In this document: positions 27,190 to 36,368 of the stretch, piece after piece | Layout: each line of letters opens with the position of its first letter | How positions within the stretch are numbered: the stretch's first letter is position 1 | Source: an uncultured Flavobacteriales bacterium | GTDB lineage: Bacteria > Bacteroidota > Bacteroidia > Flavobacteriales_D > Parvicellaceae | Assembly: GCA_947311095.1 (NCBI GenBank) | Contig: CAMZKF010000305.1 | Span: 1-44,095 of the forward strand | DNA: 44,095 nucleotides | Direction: 5' to 3' | Made by a program: the position numbers and the translations under genes | The notes under the pieces: model-generated | What the model was told of the DNA's origin: nothing | The model's input: only the letters and a program-made list of their open reading frames with translations | Database searches by the model: none

Positions 27190-28272
27190 ATGATTACATC
27201 AGACCAGTTAAAAGAAATTAGTGAACGTTTAGATGCATTGTACGGTTATTTAGAAATAGAAAACAAGAAAATGCAGATAGAGGAAGAGGATTTGAAGTCT
27301 CAGGATCCAGAGTTTTGGAATAAACCTAAGGAAGCTCAAGTATTGTTGAAAAAACTAAAACATAAGAAATTTTGGGTTAAATCTTATGAAGATGTTAGGG
27401 CTGATTGTGATGATTTGGAAGTTCTTTTTGATTTTTGTAAGGAAGGAGAAGCAACCGAAGATGAGGTGCAGGAAGCTTATGATTTGTTATTGAAGCAAGT
27501 AGAAGAGTTAGAGTTTAAAAACATGTTGAGCGCTGAAGAAGATTCGCTTAATGCAGTGCTTCAATTGACCGCAGGTGCAGGAGGAACGGAAAGTTGTGAT
27601 TGGGCTGGAATGTTGATGCGTATGTACATTATGTGGGCAGAAAAAAACGGAATGAAAGTGAAAGAAATTAACTATCAGGAGGGTGATGTAGCGGGGATAA
27701 AAACAGTAACTTTGGAAATAGAGGGCGATTTTGCTTACGGTTATTTGAAAGGAGAAAATGGTGTACACAGACTGGTTCGAGTGTCGCCTTTTGATTCGAA
27801 TGCTAAACGGCATACGTCCTTTGTGTCGGCATATATTTATCCGTTGGTGGACGATACCATTGAAATAAAAATTAACCCAGCTGATATTAAATGGGAAACT
27901 TTTCGTTCGGGAGGTGCTGGTGGTCAAAATGTAAATAAAGTAGAAACGGCTGTTCGGGTTCGGCACAAGCCTTCGGGATTAATTATTGAAAATTCTGAAA
28001 CGAGGTCGCAGTTGGGTAATAAAGAAAAAGCAATGCAATTGTTAAAATCACAACTGTACGAAATAGAAATGCGTAAACGTCAAGAAGCTCGTTCGGCGGT
28101 GGAGTCTGAGAAAAAAAATATAGAATGGGGTTCTCAAATTAGAAGTTATGTGTTGGACGATAGAAGAGTAAAAGATCATAGAACCAATTATCAAACAAGC
28201 AATACCGACGCTGTGTTAAATGGAGAAATTGACGATTTTTTGAAAGCTTATTTAATGGAACTTGGAGGGTGA
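27190..28272 (+). CDS. prfB: Peptide chain release factor 2 (single uninterrupted frame)
   Basis: 360 aa with the SPF tripeptide (VRVSPFDS) and GGQ ([11 protein letters not shown]). The N-terminal [11 protein letters not shown] region is read through without an in-frame TGA. Confidence 0.92.
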   Translation: MITSDQLKEISERLDALYGYLEIENKKMQIEEEDLKSQDPEFWNKPKEAQVLLKKLKHKKFWVKSYEDVRADCDDLEVLFDFCKEGEATEDEVQEAYDLLLKQVEELEFKNMLSAEEDSLNAVLQLTAGAGGTESCDWAGMLMRMYIMWAEKNGMKVKEINYQEGDVAGIKTVTLEIEGDFAYGYLKGENGVHRLVRVSPFDSNAKRHTSFVSAYIYPLVDDTIEIKINPADIKWETFRSGGAGGQNVNKVETAVRVRHKPSGLIIENSETRSQLGNKEKAMQLLKSQLYEIEMRKRQEARSAVESEKKNIEWGSQIRSYVLDDRRVKDHRTNYQTSNTDAVLNGEIDDFLKAYLMELGG

Positions 28273-28337
28273 TTTAAAAAAAGGATTGGACGGTTTGTTC
28301 TTGAGAATGAGAAATAATTGAGCATTTTACCGTTTTG

Positions 28338-28724
28338 TCACTTATGGAATAGTTTTAGCTTTTTTACTACAAAAACAGCCAATAAACTTCCTGTTGTATT
28401 TGCTAACGCATCAAAAATATCGCCATTGCGATTGGGAATGAAATTAGCTTGGATAAATTCTATAATAATTCCTAAACTTACAGCGTAAATAAAGGCAAAT
28501 AAGAATGGACTTTGTTTTAGTTTATTAATCCATTCTTGTTTTGAAAAACTATGTATTGCTAAAAAAGTTAAGACAAAATATAGACCTCCGTGAACTAGTT
28601 TGTCTAAATGAGGAAGGTTTAATATTGGAGGAGATGGAATTTCGTTTCCTGGTATAATGCAAACCACTACGACAATAAATGTCCAGATAATTGTTTTTGA
28701 ATTGTGTGTTATAAATTGAAGCAT
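28338..28724 (-). CDS. VanZ-family membrane protein
   Basis: 128 aa, 4 TM segments, LDKLVHGGLYFVLTFL motif. Confidence 0.65.
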   Translation of the reverse strand: MLQFITHNSKTIIWTFIVVVVCIIPGNEIPSPPILNLPHLDKLVHGGLYFVLTFLAIHSFSKQEWINKLKQSPFLFAFIYAVSLGIIIEFIQANFIPNRNGDIFDALANTTGSLLAVFVVKKLKLFHK

Positions 28725-28776
28725 TTTGATGTCGTTTTTTCTTTTTTCTAAATTTAAAGTAGTAAAATATTTAGTT

Positions 28777-29538
28777 TTAAAGTCTTAAATCTTCCTGCCT
28801 AAAATCTATTTTTTTTAACGTTTCAATGGTAGAAGCTACGGTAGAAATGGGGAGTGTAATCATAATGCCAATCACAGGAATAAAAAGCAGAAGCGTGAAT
28901 AAAAATCCATTGCCAACCGCCACTCCCTTGTGTTGTTTTACAAACGAAATACTTTCAGAAGAGTTAAAATAACGCTCCATGGTGTAATCCATGTTTCCGA
29001 ATCCAGCATAATAAGATTGAATGTAGAGAAGGAGAACGGTTGTAACTAAATTTAAACCAGGAATAAAACTGAGTAAAATAAGAGGTAACGTATAAAGCAT
29101 TTCCCAAAAAAAAATTCGAATGTTAATTTTAATTCCTCTTGATAAAAGTTTTATAAATTCAGTAGGTGTATTGGTTTTGGTTAATTTTTTTCCTGTTAGA
29201 TGTGTTTCAATTCTTTCGGAAATTGGTGTCATAAATGGAGCAGATAAAGCCATTAAAATATGTTTGTAAATGCTTAATCCAACAACTATAACCAAGAAAA
29301 AAACAACCCATTTGCTTGTCGTATTTATAAATTCTTTTCCTGTTTCAAAAGTCCAGATACTAGCTATTTTACCTCCTATAAATTCGGAGCTTGAATAAGC
29401 TAAAGCTATGATAATTGAACCAATTAACAAGCCAATTAAGGCAGGAATAAAAAAGAATTTCCAAGGTTTTAGTTTTTTAATTAGTACTAAAGCTTTTCCG
29501 TAGGCTAGAATGCCTTTTGTGAAATCTAGAATAAACAT
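28777..29538 (-). CDS. EI24/CysZ-like domain membrane protein
   Basis: 253 aa, multi-pass. N-terminus MFILDFTKGILAYGKALVLIKKLKPWKFFFIPALIGLLIG resembles the EI24-domain family. Confidence 0.55.
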   Translation of the reverse strand: MFILDFTKGILAYGKALVLIKKLKPWKFFFIPALIGLLIGSIIIALAYSSSEFIGGKIASIWTFETGKEFINTTSKWVVFFLVIVVGLSIYKHILMALSAPFMTPISERIETHLTGKKLTKTNTPTEFIKLLSRGIKINIRIFFWEMLYTLPLILLSFIPGLNLVTTVLLLYIQSYYAGFGNMDYTMERYFNSSESISFVKQHKGVAVGNGFLFTLLLFIPVIGIMITLPISTVASTIETLKKIDFRQEDLRL

Positions 29539-29561
29539 GGGGGTAAAGATACGGTATCTGT

Positions 29562-30443
29562 TTAATCTTTTTTGTTTAGCGGGTAAATTAATTGCTGTAT
29601 AAAGGTTTTTGGGAATTTTTTTAAGTTATTAAATCCTAGTTTTATATCTCTTCCGCTGTGAGGGATATAAGCTGTTTTAAACAGGTAATCCCAGATACTT
29701 AAACTAATGCCAAAATTAACTCCGTTTTGGCGATGTTTTGGAAGTTCTTTAGCGTGATGCCAAATGTGCATTGCAGGATTGTTAAATATGTATTTTAAAG
29801 GCCCGTAAGTAATGTTTAAATTAGCATGATTGAGGTGTCCTATCGCAATTGAGATATAATAAACAAGGTAAGCGTCTTCGGGATTAAAATTTCCAATAAG
29901 CATCATTACAATGTATTTCATTGGAGTATAAAAAACATTTTCCATCCAATGGAAACGAAGATGAGCAGCAAATCCCATTTCCTCTACCGAATGATGAACT
30001 TTGTGAAAGTTCCATAAAAAAATAAACTTATGTAAGGTGACGTGTACCAACCATTGAATGAAATCTAAAGAAATAAAGAAAATAAGTAGTTGAACGAAGT
30101 AGGGGAGTTGCTTAGTGTCGTAAATCACTAAACTTTGAGCTCCGTTGGGTAATAAGTTTTCAAAAAACTGAGCAACAACATTGGAAAAAGCCGCAAAGAT
30201 TATAAATTTAAAAATATAAAAATTAAAATACATATAAAATACATCGAGCCAAAAATCTTTTCGAAATATAGCTTGATTTTTTCTCCAAGGGAAAGCAATT
30301 TCTAATCCCCAAACTATAATAGATAATAGGGTGAGCATCCAAAAGTAATTGACGTACCAAGGAGTTACCTGAAAGGTGATTTCATTTAAGATGTAATTAC
30401 CGTAATTGGAAAAAGTGTTTATAAAAGTGCTGTAATAGTTCAT
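29562..30443 (-). CDS. Sterol desaturase / fatty-acid hydroxylase superfamily membrane protein
   Basis: Histidine boxes HKFIFLWNFHKVHHS and MHIWHH, with a multi-TM N-terminal half. Confidence 0.75.
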   Translation of the reverse strand: MNYYSTFINTFSNYGNYILNEITFQVTPWYVNYFWMLTLLSIIVWGLEIAFPWRKNQAIFRKDFWLDVFYMYFNFYIFKFIIFAAFSNVVAQFFENLLPNGAQSLVIYDTKQLPYFVQLLIFFISLDFIQWLVHVTLHKFIFLWNFHKVHHSVEEMGFAAHLRFHWMENVFYTPMKYIVMMLIGNFNPEDAYLVYYISIAIGHLNHANLNITYGPLKYIFNNPAMHIWHHAKELPKHRQNGVNFGISLSIWDYLFKTAYIPHSGRDIKLGFNNLKKFPKTFIQQLIYPLNKKD

Positions 30444-30675
30444 TTATGTTTTTTTTAGGGCAAAGCTAATTTTTTTAGCCTATTTATATTGTAATAATAG
30501 TCACATTTACAAGATATAACTGACAGAAATATGTTGAGAAGGTAACTTTGTTTGAATTTACTTTGCTTTGTTGTAAGTTTTATCTGGAAAAAAGCTATAA
30601 ATAATTATGTGTTTAAATGTTATAAAAGTGTTATTTTGTTAAGGTTTTGCTCTTTTTTTTTACCTTTACATTGTA

Positions 30676-32082
30676 ATGAACAATAAATTCAAGCTCAATA
30701 AGCAGACTTTAACTTTTTTTGATAAAAATCTAGAACAAGAGTTTCGGGAATATACAATATCAAAGTTAGATTACTCTTCTAGGTTAGCCCTTGTTGTTGG
30801 GGGGATTATATATCTAGCGTTTATTCCTATTGACGCTTTTGAGAATGGAGTAAATTTTAATGCTCTTTTTTATAATCGGATAATTCTAGTATCTCTTGTT
30901 TTTTTTGTTCTTTGGATTAGTTTTATTAAAGGGTTTAAAAAATATTATTTTTTAATTACTATAGGTCTGTTTTTTGTTGTCGGTTTGGGGGTTTTACATG
31001 CTATAGTAGAGGATCCTGAGTATCTGTCGGCGTTGTCTCTTATTATTATGTTTTTTACCCTAATTCCATTTTTGACCTTTTCTATGGTCTTAATTATTAA
31101 TTTGATATTTTTTGTACTTTACATTATATGTCTTTTTTTCTTCTTGGATCTAGAAACGTCTATTATTATAAAACAGATTGGAATGCATTTTTCTGTTGCT
31201 TTTATTTCTGTTACCGTTTTTTATATAAAACAAAACTTAGAACGGTTAAACTATGTAAAAGGTAAGAGAAATAAAGCAATAAACGTAGTAGTCAATAACC
31301 AATTAAAAGAACTAGAATTGACGCATAAAAATATTATCGATAGTATTACTTATGCCAAAAGAATTCAAGACGCTCTATTGCCTAGTGATTTAAAAATAAA
31401 AGTGCTTCCCATTGATTTAGAAATATATTACAAGCCAAAAGATACCATTGGAGGCGATTTTTATTGGGTTGAAGATTTGGGTGAGAATGTAGTCGTAGTG
31501 ATAGGTGATTGTACAGGGCACGGAGTGCCAGGTGCATTGATGACTTCACTAGGCATAAATGGACTTATTAATTCGGTAACAGAACAACGAATGGTTGATC
31601 CTAGTCAAATTTTAACTTATTTGGACGATTATGTTTATAATTTGCTGAGCGAAACAGACGAAAACAGAGTGAAAGATGGAATGGAAATAGGAGTTGTAAC
31701 AATAAATAAAAGTAAAGGTACGCTTTCTTTTGCTAGTGCAGGACGACCATTAATTTATGTTGATAACAATGAAGTTCATAGAGTGAAAGCTTTTAAAAGA
31801 GATATTGGTTCTAAGTTAATCAAAACGCCTTACCATACCGAAATATTACCAGTCTCAAATACAGCAACCTATTATCTGTTTTCAGATGGAATGACCGATC
31901 AGTTTGGAGGAAAGCGAAATAAACGATTGGGTAGTAAAGCGTTTAATAATTTTTTATTAAATTTGGAAGAGTTACCTTTGGATAAACAAAAAGAAGAGTT
32001 AGAAAAATATTATAAAGAATACATGGGAAGTACCAAGCAAACAGACGATATGATTTGGGGTGCATTGAAAATAAAAAAGTAA
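30676..32082 (+). CDS. Membrane-anchored PP2C/SpoIIE-family serine/threonine phosphatase (SiaA-like), phosphatase A
   Basis: 468 aa. ~6 TM segments in aa 35-185. PP2C/SpoIIE motifs AKRIQDALLP, GGDFYWVED, GDCTGHGVPGALMTSL, SDGMTDQFGG and QTDDMIW. Confidence 0.85.
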   Translation: MNNKFKLNKQTLTFFDKNLEQEFREYTISKLDYSSRLALVVGGIIYLAFIPIDAFENGVNFNALFYNRIILVSLVFFVLWISFIKGFKKYYFLITIGLFFVVGLGVLHAIVEDPEYLSALSLIIMFFTLIPFLTFSMVLIINLIFFVLYIICLFFFLDLETSIIIKQIGMHFSVAFISVTVFYIKQNLERLNYVKGKRNKAINVVVNNQLKELELTHKNIIDSITYAKRIQDALLPSDLKIKVLPIDLEIYYKPKDTIGGDFYWVEDLGENVVVVIGDCTGHGVPGALMTSLGINGLINSVTEQRMVDPSQILTYLDDYVYNLLSETDENRVKDGMEIGVVTINKSKGTLSFASAGRPLIYVDNNEVHRVKAFKRDIGSKLIKTPYHTEILPVSNTATYYLFSDGMTDQFGGKRNKRLGSKAFNNFLLNLEELPLDKQKEELEKYYKEYMGSTKQTDDMIWGALKIKK

Positions 32083-32083
32083 G

Positions 32084-32467
32084 ATGGAGAATTTATTTAT
32101 AGAAAAGACGAATCAGTCGTTAGAAGTTGATTTTAAAACATCGGGAGAGCTGTTCTTAAAGGGAGTGTCAACCCCTGATCATGTTAATCGGTTTTTTGAA
32201 CCCCTTTTCGAGTGGGTAAAAAACTATAAGGAGAAAGGAGAGAATGATGTGAAATTAGAAATGTTTATAGACTACCTAAATACGTCTTCAACAAGGGTTT
32301 TAATCGAATTAATAGGTCTTGTCGAGTCATTAAAAAACAACGGTATAGGTGTAACTATTGTTTGGTTGTATGATGCCGACGATGAAGATATGCTAGAGTT
32401 AGGCGAAGATTTAGCGTTAATATCAGAAGCCAAATTTGAGTATAAAGGTGTAGAGGTAGATTATTAA
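32084..32467 (+). CDS. DUF1987 / SiaC-like regulatory phosphoprotein, copy 1
   Basis: 127 aa. Starts 1 nt after the phosphatase A stop. FFEPLFEWVKNY and the conserved YLNTSS motif (Thr67 of this ORF). Confidence 0.8.
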   Translation: MENLFIEKTNQSLEVDFKTSGELFLKGVSTPDHVNRFFEPLFEWVKNYKEKGENDVKLEMFIDYLNTSSTRVLIELIGLVESLKNNGIGVTIVWLYDADDEDMLELGEDLALISEAKFEYKGVEVDY

Positions 32468-32577
32468 AAAGGTAAATAGAAATTTTATAAAATTTAAAGC
32501 TTTTTTATTCTGATAAATAATTTTAAAGTTTTTGAGTAACAGGTATTGCCATGGGAAGGCGTTAAAATAAATAATAA

Positions 32578-35427
32578 TTGAAATCAATTAAAAATATATT
32601 AAATAAGTATTTACTTGTTTTTTTAGATGAAAGTTTAGAGAAAGAATACCGCTTACAAGAACTTGAATTAACAAAAAAAAGAATTAGAATAGCAGTTCCT
32701 TTTGTTTTTTCTATTTTTGTTGTTTCGCATATATTAAATTTGCCAACAACATTCAACTTTTTTGATTGGGTACATATTTTAGCTCCGATGGTGGTTGGAG
32801 CAACCGTCTTCTTATTTACTTATTCTCGTTTGTTTTATCGCATTTATTTAACTTTTCTGAATGTTATTTTTGTTTTAATTTCGTTTGCAGGAATAGCTGC
32901 CTCCATTACAAGTGGAGAAGATTTAATTTTTCTGTATATTAGAATTCTGTTTTTTACTTTCATTCTTTTTAATGTTTTTAGAGGAGTGATAATTTCTTAC
33001 TTTGCAATATTCTTTGCAATGTTTTTTATACCTTATTATTTAATAGAACAAAATGTAATATTGACGGCTTCTGAAGCTTTAAAAACAATGCCTTTTTTAG
33101 GTATTTTAGCCTTTTCATTCTATATAAAGCAAAGAGCAAGTAGGCTTAACTTTTATAAAGCAAAAAAACTAGTAAAACAAGCCGAAGAATTGAGACAGTC
33201 GCATAAACAATTAGTCAACGACGGGGCGGTTGGACGAATACTAGAAGGAGCTGCCGATGGTTCTGTTAGTTTAGATCACTTCTTAGAAAACGCCTTAACT
33301 GTTATTTTAGAATTACCATGGCTAAAGAGCCAAGCTAAAGGTGTTATTTTTATTAAAAACGACGACGGTAACTTAGAGGTAAAAGCAGTGAAATCGTTGG
33401 AAATTATTAAAAATAAATGTACGCTTGTTAAATCGGGAGCATGCCTCTGTGGACTGACGTTGGAAAATAAAAAAATGATTTTTGATAGTGCCGTTCCCAT
33501 AGGTTCTGACCTTTGTGTGGACGACATGTCCACTCACGGAAATTATTCCATGCCTCTGCTCTTCAATGAAGAAATTTTGGGAGTTTTAAATGTATATGTA
33601 GAACGAAATCATGTCAAACAAAAAGAAGAAGTAGTATTTTTAGAGTTAGTCTCTAAAACAATAGCCTCTGTAATTCATCGGTTTCATATCGAAAAAAAGA
33701 AGGAAGAACATCGACAAGAATTGCTAAAGAATAAAGCTGTTTTAGAATCGGCTCGAAAAAAATTAGAAAATGATGGAGCTATTGGACAAATACTCAAAAA
33801 CTCAACCGATACAAATTTAAATTTAAAAGTTTTTTTACAAGAAGCATTAGAGGTCGTATTGGATTTGTCGTGGTTAAACATAAAAAGTAAAGGTTCTATT
33901 TTTGTAACCAACGACGACGGAAATTTAGAGATGATAGTCGGAAAAGATTTGGGCGTGTTAACCACTATGTGTGCGTTGATAAAACCAGGTCAGTGCCTTT
34001 GTGGAAAAGCATTAGCACAGAAGAAAATAATATTTGAAAACTGTGTAACAGCCAATCACGATATAGAACCTGAAGGAATGAAACCTCACGGACATTTTAA
34101 TATACCTCTAATGCTAGATAATACCGTATTGGGAGTATTAAATGTTTATGTAGAACATGGACATCAAAAAACACAAGAAGAAGTCGATTTCTTTAACCTA
34201 GTTGGAAATACATTGGCAACAGTTATGTATCGTTTTAAAATAGAAAAAGAAAAAGAGTTACAAAGAAGAGAATTGAATAGATATTATACAGCAATAGAGC
34301 AAAGCGAAGCTACTATTTTGTTTACAGATTTAAAAGGCACTGTAAATTATGCTAACCCTTATTTTTATAAAAAAACAGGATATACAAGGGACGAAATATT
34401 AGGGGCGAGTACAAAAATATTGAGTTCGGGTAAAACACCTCGGTCAACTTATGAGGCTATGTGGGAGAATATTAAAAACAAGAAAACATGGCAAGGAGAG
34501 TTTTATAATAAAAAGAAAAATGGAGAAGAGTTTATTGAAAGAGCTATAATATCTCCTGTAATTAATCCCGACGGAACTGTAGAAGAATATATCGCTGTAA
34601 AAAACGATATTACAGCTTATAAAAAAGCAATTCAACGAATTAAAAGTCAGAAAGACGATATAGAAGAGGCTCATAACAAAATACAAGCCAGCATTGATTA
34701 TGCTAAACGTATTCAAGATTCGTTGCTAAAATCATCTTTAATGCTAAATACCGTATTCGATAATGTATTAGTATCTTATTTGCCGAAAGAAACGGTAAGT
34801 GGAGATTTTTATATTGCGAGAAAACAAAAAGATATAATAACTTTAGCTGTTGCCGATTGTACAGGTCACGGTGTTCCTGGAGCTTTGGTTGCAACCTTGG
34901 GTATATTAGAACTTTCACATATATTAGCAACCGGTAAAAATCTATATGTAAGTCAAATTTTAGATGTATTGACAAACAAGATAAACGAAATGCTAAACAA
35001 TGATAATGAAATAGGCTCTGATGGAATGGACTTAGCTTTGTTGAGAATTGACACAAAAAAACAAGTGATAGAATATTCAGGAGCTAAAGGTATTCTCTAT
35101 TTATATCAAAACAACGAATTAATAAAATTAAAAACAGACCGAGTTTCTATTGGAGAAAAACAGAAAGACCTCGATTTTTCATTTTCATATAATCAAATCA
35201 ACTACAACAAAGGAGATGTATTATTTGTCTTAACAGATGGTTTAATAGATCAATTGAGCGCAGTAAACAAAAGAAGAATAGGCTCTAAACAGGTTAAAGA
35301 ACTTTTTAATCAACTTGTAAAAGAATCGTATGCTCAACAAAAAGAAACGTTAAACGCATTTATAAATACCCATACATCATCGGTTAATCAAACCGACGAT
35401 ATAACTCTAATAACATTTAAATTATGA
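32578..35427 (+). CDS. Multi-sensor PP2C/SpoIIE phosphatase B: 6-TM module, two GAF repeats, PAS, phosphatase
   Basis: 949 aa. TTG start immediately after an in-frame TAA. TM module aa 35-185, GAF-like repeats nt ~33217-33693 and ~33769-34248, PAS nt ~34273-34632 (ATILFTDLKGTVNYANPYFYKKTGYTRDEILG), PP2C nt ~34675-35424 (AKRIQDSLL, SGDFYIA, ADCTGHGVPGALVATL, TDGLIDQL, QTDDITL). Confidence 0.85.
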   Translation: MKSIKNILNKYLLVFLDESLEKEYRLQELELTKKRIRIAVPFVFSIFVVSHILNLPTTFNFFDWVHILAPMVVGATVFLFTYSRLFYRIYLTFLNVIFVLISFAGIAASITSGEDLIFLYIRILFFTFILFNVFRGVIISYFAIFFAMFFIPYYLIEQNVILTASEALKTMPFLGILAFSFYIKQRASRLNFYKAKKLVKQAEELRQSHKQLVNDGAVGRILEGAADGSVSLDHFLENALTVILELPWLKSQAKGVIFIKNDDGNLEVKAVKSLEIIKNKCTLVKSGACLCGLTLENKKMIFDSAVPIGSDLCVDDMSTHGNYSMPLLFNEEILGVLNVYVERNHVKQKEEVVFLELVSKTIASVIHRFHIEKKKEEHRQELLKNKAVLESARKKLENDGAIGQILKNSTDTNLNLKVFLQEALEVVLDLSWLNIKSKGSIFVTNDDGNLEMIVGKDLGVLTTMCALIKPGQCLCGKALAQKKIIFENCVTANHDIEPEGMKPHGHFNIPLMLDNTVLGVLNVYVEHGHQKTQEEVDFFNLVGNTLATVMYRFKIEKEKELQRRELNRYYTAIEQSEATILFTDLKGTVNYANPYFYKKTGYTRDEILGASTKILSSGKTPRSTYEAMWENIKNKKTWQGEFYNKKKNGEEFIERAIISPVINPDGTVEEYIAVKNDITAYKKAIQRIKSQKDDIEEAHNKIQASIDYAKRIQDSLLKSSLMLNTVFDNVLVSYLPKETVSGDFYIARKQKDIITLAVADCTGHGVPGALVATLGILELSHILATGKNLYVSQILDVLTNKINEMLNNDNEIGSDGMDLALLRIDTKKQVIEYSGAKGILYLYQNNELIKLKTDRVSIGEKQKDLDFSFSYNQINYNKGDVLFVLTDGLIDQLSAVNKRRIGSKQVKELFNQLVKESYAQQKETLNAFINTHTSSVNQTDDITLITFKL

Positions 35428-35981
35428 TATCAAATCCCTATGCACAGAAGCATCTAGAGAAAATAGTTACAAGACCTGAATTATATTCAGATTTGTATGT
35501 TATATTAGGTGGCTTAGAGCGAAATAGCATTAGCTATTCAATAAAAATATTAGAACAAAAATTGAGTAAATTAAACTATTCAAAGTCTCTTATATCCAGA
35601 GCTAAATTGGTTGGTATCGAACTGTTGGATAATATTTATAAACATCAAGAAGAAAAATCAACACTCAATCCATATTTCGAAATATCTTTAAACGAAGACG
35701 AATTAAGATTTACATCAGCAAACTGTGTGTCAAAACAAGCGTATGATTTTTTGAGTAAGAAATTAGCAGAATATTCTAAACTAACAATTCCTGAATTAAA
35801 AAAAGAATATATTAATCAACTTAGAGATGGAAAGCTGGATAGAAAAGGTAATGCAGGAGTAGGCTTGTTTTCAATATTGCAAAGATCGGCACAAAATGTA
35901 GAATATAAATTAGATAAAGTAAAAAATGGAGAGTATTACTTTAACTTTATTGTGAAAATAGCTAATGTTCAAAAAAACTAA
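35424..35981 (+). CDS. SiaB-like serine/threonine protein kinase (anti-sigma-factor-type HATPase fold)
   Basis: 185 aa. ATGA start/stop overlap with phosphatase B. N-box-like GIELLDNIYKH and G-box-like GNAGVGLFSILQRS. Confidence 0.75.
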   Translation: MISNPYAQKHLEKIVTRPELYSDLYVILGGLERNSISYSIKILEQKLSKLNYSKSLISRAKLVGIELLDNIYKHQEEKSTLNPYFEISLNEDELRFTSANCVSKQAYDFLSKKLAEYSKLTIPELKKEYINQLRDGKLDRKGNAGVGLFSILQRSAQNVEYKLDKVKNGEYYFNFIVKIANVQKN

Positions 35982-35982
35982 G

Positions 35983-36356
35983 ATGGAAAATTTAATATTA
36001 AAACAAACAGAAACAACCCCTTTTGTATTTGTCAATTGTGAATTCGGACAGATTGAAATTTCTGGAATTTGTATTCCTGAAAATCCATACGCTTTTTTGA
36101 ACCAATAATTAAAAAAATTGACAGCCTTTCTAAAACCCATTCGGATATTTTATTCGATATTTACCTCGATTATATCAATTCTGGAGCGTCTAAAGCGTTG
36201 CTTAATTTATTGTTGGCTGTAAAAGAAAATGATAAGATTGAAATATCAAAAGTTATTTGGAAAATAGAAGAAGAAGATGAAGAAGCTAAAGAGTCGGGAG
36301 AAATGTTAGAAGAAATAACAGAAATGACGTTTGAATATGTAACATTAAACCCTTAA
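35983..36356 (+). pseudogene. DUF1987 / SiaC-like protein, copy 2, interrupted by a frameshift in a T6 tract
   Basis: Frame 0 gives MENLILKQTETTPFVFVNCEFGQIEISGICIPENPYAFLNQ with a stop at 36106. The -1 frame from T-run 36093-36098 continues FEPIIKKIDSLSKTHSDILFDIYLDYINSGASKALLNLL...TFEYVTLNP with a stop at 36354-36356. Joined, the protein is a full-length DUF1987. Confidence 0.75.
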
Positions 36357-36368
36357 TATATATTAATT

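Noticed and set aside
27508-27966. 152-aa ORF antisense to prfB. Similar antisense or overlapping track ORFs occur at 796-1014, 1670-1936, 2407-2670, 2767-2955, 3321-3518, 6815-7015, 11046-11354, 12268-12519, 13157-13366, 14158-14388, 18306-18500, 26049-26231, 33276-33533, 33684-33965, 34444-34716, 34703-35056, 37335-37616, 38492-38674, 40120-40350, 42421-42606 and 43212-43406.
   Set aside because: All lie inside well-supported genes on the opposite strand or in another frame. Their composition is low-complexity or odd, and they carry no recognisable motifs. They are shadow ORFs of the kind expected in AT-rich DNA.
27190-28272. Looked for the programmed +1 frameshift site (CTT TGA C after ~25 codons) that many bacterial prfB genes carry.
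   Set aside because: The region reads TAC GGT TAT TTA GAA ATA with no in-frame TGA. The 360-aa ORF is continuous from its ATG and includes both SPF and GGQ, so this copy has no programmed frameshift.
35910-36140. 76-aa minus-strand ORF spanning the SiaB-like stop and the SiaC-like 2 frameshift site.
   Set aside because: It is antisense to two plus-strand genes with clear family motifs and has no motifs of its own. It is a shadow ORF.
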